In this document: in pieces, positions 59,240 to 64,000 of the stretch | How positions within the stretch are numbered: the stretch's first letter is position 1 | How the letters are laid out: the number at the start of each line of letters is the position of its first letter | Assembly (NCBI RefSeq): GCF_036418315.1 | Contig: NZ_JAZHPG010000024.1 | Coordinates: 137,947-201,946, forward strand | From: Salarchaeum sp. III | GTDB taxonomy: Archaea > Halobacteriota > Halobacteria > Halobacteriales > Halobacteriaceae | Direction: 5' to 3' | Length of the DNA: 64,000 bases | Notes under the pieces: model-generated | The model's database searches: none | What the model saw: only the letters and a program-made list of their open reading frames with translations | Told to the model about the DNA's origin: nothing | Program-made: the position numbers and the translations under genes

Positions 59240-59767
59240 TCAGAGCAGTCGATAGACGCCACGCGACTCGGAGACCTCGCCCGAGCGCGCGAGTTTTTCG
59301 AGCGTCCGGCGCGCGTACTCCGCGCCCACGCCGTGGTCGGTGCAGTAGTCTACGATGTCGTCCTCGGTTGGCTGGTCGAGTTCCCGGACTGCTTCGCGGA
59401 CGCGCTCTTTCTTGCTCACCGACCCGCCGCTCCCACCGGATTCGGCGCGGTCGCCCGCGGCCGCGACCTCGCCGGGGTCGATACCGGCGGCTTCGAGGTA
59501 CTCGTCGTCGTCCACGACCGCGTCCTCGGCCGCGTCCCCCATCTCGGCGAACGAGTCGAGGTCCGCGAACGCGTCGCCGTACCCCGAGCGGTTCGCGAGC
59601 ATCGACGACCGGACTTCGCGGGCGTGGTCCTCGTCCTCCGTCGTGACGAACTTCCGGCGCTTCGAGAACTGCCGAGTGGAGCCGCAGCGCGGGCACTCCG
59701 TGGTCTCGGGGCGGCCTTCGACGATCCAGAGCGCGCTGCACTCGCTGCAGCCGACGACGGCGTACAC
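59240..59767 (-). CDS. Zinc-ribbon plus C-terminal winged-helix protein (hypothetical)
   Basis: 175 aa. N-term CSEC...CPRCG. Acidic linker. C-term helix-turn-helix-like (TEDDIVDYCTDHGVGAEYARRTLEKLARSGEV). Confidence 0.5.
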   Translation of the reverse strand: MYAVVGCSECSALWIVEGRPETTECPRCGSTRQFSKRRKFVTTEDEDHAREVRSSMLANRSGYGDAFADLDSFAEMGDAAEDAVVDDDEYLEAAGIDPGEVAAAGDRAESGGSGGSVSKKERVREAVRELDQPTEDDIVDYCTDHGVGAEYARRTLEKLARSGEVSESRGVYRLL

Positions 59768-59799
59768 GCACCGAACTCCGCCCTCCCGGGGTTTGAACG

Positions 59800-60240
59800 T
59801 TAGGACTGCCGGCGCTCGATACGATGGGCGTCCACGGCGTCGACGTAGTCGGCGGTGAACTGGGGCGCGTCCGGGTGGTCGCGCACCTCATCCGGGGTGA
59901 GCCAGTGCACCGCCGCGACCTCGTCGGGGTCGCGGGGGCGTGCGGTTCCAGAGGCGTACTCCGCGAGGAAGACGGTGTTGACGACGCGGTCGTCCGGCGT
60001 CTCGAACGCGCTGTTCGTCACGTACGCCACCAAGCCGACGGTGACGCCGACTTCCTCCTCGACTTCGCGGCGGACCGTGGCTTCGAGCACGTCGCGGCCC
60101 TCCGAGACCTCGACCGTCCCGCCGACGAGCGCGAGCGCGCCCGCCGCGTGCTCCTCCGCGGCCGCGCGCTCGACGACCAGGTACTCGCCGTCACGGTGGA
60201 CGGCCGCCTCCGCGTTCACGACGTAGTGGGGTGCGTCCAT
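59800..60240 (-). CDS. NUDIX hydrolase
   Basis: Start MDAPHYVV (ATG 60238-60240). Nudix box GGTVEVSEGRDVLEATVRREVEEEVGV. Confidence 0.75.
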   Translation of the reverse strand: MDAPHYVVNAEAAVHRDGEYLVVERAAAEEHAAGALALVGGTVEVSEGRDVLEATVRREVEEEVGVTVGLVAYVTNSAFETPDDRVVNTVFLAEYASGTARPRDPDEVAAVHWLTPDEVRDHPDAPQFTADYVDAVDAHRIERRQS

Positions 60241-60307
60241 ACGCGAGCGGGAGCGGGAAGGCACTTCAGTCGAACTGTTTAGGGCGGCGGGCCGCCGTCG
60301 TGGACGT

Positions 60308-60646
60308 ATGGAGACGCACGACCTGTCCGCGGAGCGCATCGTCGAGGCCGTCGAGGGCGTCTACCTCGCGGAGCTCTCCGCGGGCGAGAACATGAGCGTT
60401 CAGCACTTCCACATCCAGCCGGGCGCGAGCGTCCCCGAGCACAGTCATCCCCACGAGCAGGTGGGGTTCGTGTACGACGGCACGCTCGCGTTCGAGGTCG
60501 AGGGCGAAGAGCACGTGGTGACGACCGGCGAGTCGTACGTGATTCCGGCCGACGAACCGCACGCCGCGCGGGCCGTCGGGGACACGCCCGTGGACGGCAT
60601 CGACGTGTTCAGTCCACCCCGAGAGAACCCCGACTGGAGCGAATAG
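60308..60646 (+). CDS. Cupin-domain protein
   Basis: 112 aa. HxH...E...H metal motif (HFHIQPGASVPEHSHPHEQ ... HAARAV) of cupin_2. Confidence 0.7.
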   Translation: METHDLSAERIVEAVEGVYLAELSAGENMSVQHFHIQPGASVPEHSHPHEQVGFVYDGTLAFEVEGEEHVVTTGESYVIPADEPHAARAVGDTPVDGIDVFSPPRENPDWSE

Positions 60647-60957
60647 CCCGATACCTTAACCGAGTCTCAGTAGTCCTCCGGGCTACTGGCGGACCTGTAG
60701 CCCGTCCCGTCCGGCGTCCCCGAACCGGACGGGCTTCTCGACGTCGTCGAGGGATCCAAGAGGCCCCCGCAGGGGAACGAGACCGCGCTCGACGCGAAAC
60801 TTCACGCTCGTGCGCTCTCCCGAACATTGGCGTCACCGTCCGTCTCGTGGACGAAATCGAGGAAGTCGCGGGCGTCCCAGCCGACGAGCGCGAATGGGAG
60901 TTACGTCGCGGACAACATCGTGTTCCTGAGTTACGTCGAGACGGGCGTTCGACTGGT

Positions 60958-61272
60958 CTACTCCGCGACGGAGAACCCGCGCTCCTCCAGCAAATCGCGC
61001 ACACGGTCGGCGTGGTCGCCCTGCACCTCGATAGCGCCGTCGTCGACGGTGCCGCCCGCGCCCAGGTTCGACTTCAACTCCGACGCGAGCGCGGAGAGAT
61101 CCACCGACTCGTCCTCGAACCCCTCGACTATCGTCACCGGCTTATCGTACGTCCGACGCTCGACACGCACCGTCAACTGCTGTTCGGCGCGCGCCAAATC
61201 CTCCTCGATACCGGGAACGTTCTCGAAGACGTCGTCCTCACTCACACCCACGACTACACAGCCGAGCCTCAA
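60958..61272 (-). CDS. Translation initiation factor aSUI1 (eIF1 homolog)
   Basis: 104 aa. SUI1 fold segments RRTYDKPVTIVEGF and LKSNLGAGGTV. Confidence 0.8.
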   Translation of the reverse strand: MRLGCVVVGVSEDDVFENVPGIEEDLARAEQQLTVRVERRTYDKPVTIVEGFEDESVDLSALASELKSNLGAGGTVDDGAIEVQGDHADRVRDLLEERGFSVAE

Positions 61273-61369
61273 GAAAAACAGGGTCGAATCGGCCGACGCC
61301 GCTACCCACGACTCGCTTACGCCAGCTCGTGAATTTCGCCGAGCGAAGCCCGGCTAACCCACGACTCGC

Positions 61370-62626
61370 TTACGCGAGGTCGTGGATCCGGTCGATGATT
61401 TCGTCGGCGTACTCGCTGGCCGCGAGTTTCTCGCCGCCCTCGACCTGGCGTTCGAGGTCGTAGGTGACGCGCTTCGAGGAGATCTGCTGTTCGACGGCGT
61501 CGTGAACGAGGTCCGCGGCGTCCTGCCAGCCGATGTGTTCGAGGAGGATTTTCCCGGAGAGGATGAGCGCGCTCGGGTTCGCCTTGTCCTTACCGGCGTG
61601 CTTCGGTGCGCTGCCGTGAACGGGCTCGGCGAGGAAGCGGCCGTCGCCGATGTTCGCGCCGGGCGCGATACCGAGGCCGCCGATCTGGGCGCCCGCGGCG
61701 TCGCTGAGGTAGTCGCCGTTGAGGTTCGGCATCGCGAGCACGTCGTAGTTCGACGTGCGCGTGAGGAGCTGCTGGAGCATGTTGTCCGCGATGCGGTCCT
61801 TGACGACGACTTTGTCCTCGGGGGCTTCGCCGTCGTACTCCTCCCAGAGGGTGTCCTCGTCGATGGTCTGCTCTGGGAACTCCTCCTCGGCGAGTTCGTA
61901 GCCCCAGTCGCGGAACGCGCCCTCGGTGAACTTCATGATGTTGCCCTTGTGGACGAGCGTGACGGAGTCACGGTCGTTCTCGATGGCGTACTCGATGGCC
62001 TGGCGGACGAGGCGCTTGGTGCCGAACTCGCTGATGGGTTTCACGCCGATGCCGACGGGGCCGTCGTGGATGGTGGAGTCGAAGCCCATCTCGTCCTCGA
62101 CGAACTCGCGGACCTGCTCGACTTCCTCGGTGCCGGCTTCCCACTCGATACCGGCGTAGACGTCCTCCGTGTTCTCGCGGAAGTTCACCATGTCCATCTC
62201 CTCGGGGTCGGAGACGGGGGAGGGGACGCCGTCGAGGTAGTAGGTCGGCCGGATGTTCGTGTAGAGGTCGAGCTTCTTGCGGAGCGCGACGTTCAGGCTG
62301 CGGAAGCCTGCGCCGACGGGCGTCGTGAGCGGGCCCTTGATGGAGACGCGGTAGTCCTTGAGGGCCTGTACGGTGTCCTCGGGGAGGTTCTCGCCGTACT
62401 TCTCGCGGGCGGACTCGCCGGCGTACAGTCGGAACCAGTTGATGTCGCGGCCGGTCGCTTCGGCGGCGGCGCTCAGTACGTCCTGCGCGACGGGCGCGAC
62501 GTCCTTCCCGATGCCGTCCCCGTAGATAATGGGAATGACCGGGTTGTCGGGGACTTCGAGACCGGACTCCTCGTCGAACGTGATCTTCTCTCCCTCGGTG
62601 GGAGCGTCGATCTGATCGTAGCTCAT
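61370..62626 (-). CDS. icd: Isocitrate dehydrogenase (NADP)
   Basis: 418 aa from MSYDQIDAP (ATG 62624-62626). Motifs NLNGDYLSDA and GSAPKHAGKDKANP. The track ORF is spuriously extended to 63856. Confidence 0.95.
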   Translation of the reverse strand: MSYDQIDAPTEGEKITFDEESGLEVPDNPVIPIIYGDGIGKDVAPVAQDVLSAAAEATGRDINWFRLYAGESAREKYGENLPEDTVQALKDYRVSIKGPLTTPVGAGFRSLNVALRKKLDLYTNIRPTYYLDGVPSPVSDPEEMDMVNFRENTEDVYAGIEWEAGTEEVEQVREFVEDEMGFDSTIHDGPVGIGVKPISEFGTKRLVRQAIEYAIENDRDSVTLVHKGNIMKFTEGAFRDWGYELAEEEFPEQTIDEDTLWEEYDGEAPEDKVVVKDRIADNMLQQLLTRTSNYDVLAMPNLNGDYLSDAAGAQIGGLGIAPGANIGDGRFLAEPVHGSAPKHAGKDKANPSALILSGKILLEHIGWQDAADLVHDAVEQQISSKRVTYDLERQVEGGEKLAASEYADEIIDRIHDLA

Positions 62627-62734
62627 CTCGCCTTGAAAATTCCGTGGAGCGCGTAAAAGGACTGCTGTTTCCGCGCGACGCGGCGGTCTTCCGGAAGCCG
62701 ACGGTTTATCAGCGCCGGTTCGAAACCACTCCGC

Positions 62735-63688
62735 ATGAAAGTCATCGTGCACGGCGGCGCGGGTGGCGCGCCCGACGAGCCGGAGCCTCGACAGGTGGTC
62801 CTGGATGACGCGGCGGCCGCGGGCGTACGCGAGGACGACCCCGTGGACGCGGTGGAGGCGGCGGTGCGCATTCTCGAGTCCGACGAGCGGTTCAACGCGG
62901 GCGTCGGCGGCGCGGTGCAGTCGGACGGAATCATCCGCACCGACGCGGGCGTGATGACGAGCGGGCGGGGCGACAGTCCCGCCGAACGAGCGAACGGGGA
63001 ACCCGTGAGCCGGCGGAACGCGGGTGCGGCTGCGGGGATGCCGGGCGTCGAGCACGCGGTGTCGGTCGCGCGCGGCGTGATGGAGGAGACCCCGCACGTC
63101 TTCCTGAACGGCGTTCACGCCGTCGACTTCGCAGACGACATCGGCGTCGGTACCGAGGTCGACCTGTGGACGGAGCGGTCGCGCGAGCAATGGGACGACC
63201 TCGACAGCCACCCCGACGGCAGCCCGCTCGAACACGTCGCGTGGCTCGAAGACAAGTTCGGCGGGAGCCCCGACGAAGCCGACGACGAAGCCCCCTCGGC
63301 GGGTCGCGGCGACGAGCACGACCACGACACGGTGGGCGCGGTCGCGTTCGATGGGGATCGTTTCGCGACGGCGACCTCGACGGGCGGCCGGTGGCTCGCG
63401 CTCGCGGGTCGAGTCGGTGACGTGCCCCAGATCGGCTCGGGATTCTACGCCGCCCCCGCGGGCGCGGCGTCCGCGACCGGCGCGGGCGAGGACATCGCGA
63501 AGACGACGCTCACCCGGCGCGCGGTCCGCCACCTCGAATCCGGGCTGGACGCACAGGCTGCCGCGGACCGCGCAATCGACGAGTTCGCGGAACTCACCGG
63601 CTCCAGCGCCGGCGTCATCGTCCTCGACACCGACGGGAACGCCGGCCGAGCGTACAACTCGGAGGCGATGCAGACGAGCACGCGATAG
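62735..63688 (+). CDS. Plant-type L-asparaginase / isoaspartyl peptidase (Ntn-hydrolase)
   Basis: 317 aa. HDTVGAVA nucleophile-Thr motif after the autocleavage site. VIVLDTDGN near the C-terminus. Confidence 0.85.
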   Translation: MKVIVHGGAGGAPDEPEPRQVVLDDAAAAGVREDDPVDAVEAAVRILESDERFNAGVGGAVQSDGIIRTDAGVMTSGRGDSPAERANGEPVSRRNAGAAAGMPGVEHAVSVARGVMEETPHVFLNGVHAVDFADDIGVGTEVDLWTERSREQWDDLDSHPDGSPLEHVAWLEDKFGGSPDEADDEAPSAGRGDEHDHDTVGAVAFDGDRFATATSTGGRWLALAGRVGDVPQIGSGFYAAPAGAASATGAGEDIAKTTLTRRAVRHLESGLDAQAAADRAIDEFAELTGSSAGVIVLDTDGNAGRAYNSEAMQTSTR

Positions 63689-63869
63689 CGGTGCGGCAGC
63701 GGTCTTTTCCCTCCAGGTTTTGCAGCCGAACGGAGTGAGGCTGGAAAAGGTGGCGATGCAGACGAGTACGCGATAGCGGCGCGGCAGCGGTCTTTTCCCT
63801 CCAGGTTTTGCAGCCGAACGGAGTGAGGCTGGAAAAGGTGGCGATGCAGACGGCAATCGACTCGTAGCG
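63664..63869 (+). repeat. 89-bp tandem duplication (2.3 copies) spanning the asparaginase stop and a hairpin
   Basis: ggcgatgcagacgag(c/t)acgcgatagcgg(t/c)gcggcagcggtcttttccctccaggttttgcagccgaacggagtgaggctggaaaaggt at 63664-63752 and 63753-63841, with a partial third copy at 63842-63869. Confidence 0.85.
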
Positions 63870-64000
63870 AGATGGTAGCCGCTCGTGGCGGTGCGGCCGC
63901 GGCGGTGCGGTTGCGATTCACTCTCGGTTTCGTTCGGCGCGGCTTCGCCGCGCCGCCTTTTTGGTCCAGATTTTTCGAGGAGCGGTCGGCGAAGCCGACC

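Noticed and set aside
60847-61332. 161-aa plus-strand ORF overlapping aSUI1
   Set aside because: Overlaps a conserved gene on the opposite strand for most of its length. Only the first about 35 codons lie in the intergenic gap, insufficient to support a gene.
62627-63856. Upstream 410-codon extension of the icd ORF and the 63445-63921 minus ORF
   Set aside because: icd has a clear conserved N-terminus at MSYDQ. The extension runs antisense through the well-supported asparaginase gene. The repeated SASPPFPASLRSAAKPGGKRPLP peptide in both ORFs is just the 89-bp tandem repeat read on the wrong strand.
1-64000. Searched for CRISPR arrays, rRNA genes, IS elements, transposases and integrases
   Set aside because: No regularly spaced repeat-spacer array, no rRNA-like sequence, and no ORF with transposase/integrase motifs was seen. 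The only mobile-element trace is the tRNA-Gly att-like repeats.

Overview
This is a high-GC (about 67-68%) haloarchaeal chromosomal segment, Halobacterium-like by gene content and acidic proteome. Many of the long ORFs in the six-frame track are antisense artefacts of the GC bias, so they were not called. The core is the complete archaeal ribosomal-protein supercluster on the minus strand: a DUF171/SPOUT gene, then L3 through L15 including RNase P Rpp29, then secY. Its usual downstream partners adk, a DUF106/Oxa1-like gene, cmk, cbf5 and tRNA-Pro follow, but secY and adk are separated by a 6.4 kb transport/regulator module (trkA, trkH, a small zinc-ribbon gene, a Trh-type Lrp/AsnC-TrkA_C regulator and an amino-acid permease-UspA fusion). 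The left end holds a receiver-PAS-GAF-HTH_10 (Bat-like) regulator and a HalX-type response regulator. Past the operon promoter sits tRNA-Gly(GCC), followed by two extra direct copies of its 3' 26 nt, which look like remnants of tRNA-targeted integration. Housekeeping genes in the right half are mch, a GTPBP1-like GTPase, pyrF, a KaiC-like ATPase with acidic DFEAAFGG repeats, a UspA, the herA/nurA pair, gpmI, a TrmB regulator, an SMR transporter, an amidohydrolase, hmgA, a NUDIX hydrolase, a cupin, aSUI1, icd and a plant-type asparaginase. The most interesting block is 43.3-54.1 kb. It holds a Snf7/ESCRT-III-like gene co-transcribed with a Vps4-like MIT-AAA ATPase, a divergent large hypothetical gene, and a five-gene minus-strand set of scaffold-like proteins. 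That set has double zinc-ribbon proteins at both ends, an SPFH/flotillin-like gene, two coiled-coil genes (one with a membrane anchor) and a bactofilin-like beta-helix gene. It may be an undescribed membrane-remodelling or cytoskeletal module. Small structural oddities are a duplicated 3' fragment of gpmI 13 kb from the intact gene, an 89-bp tandem duplication at the asparaginase 3' end, and a duplicated icd 3' end. No CRISPR array, rRNA, transposase or integrase was seen.
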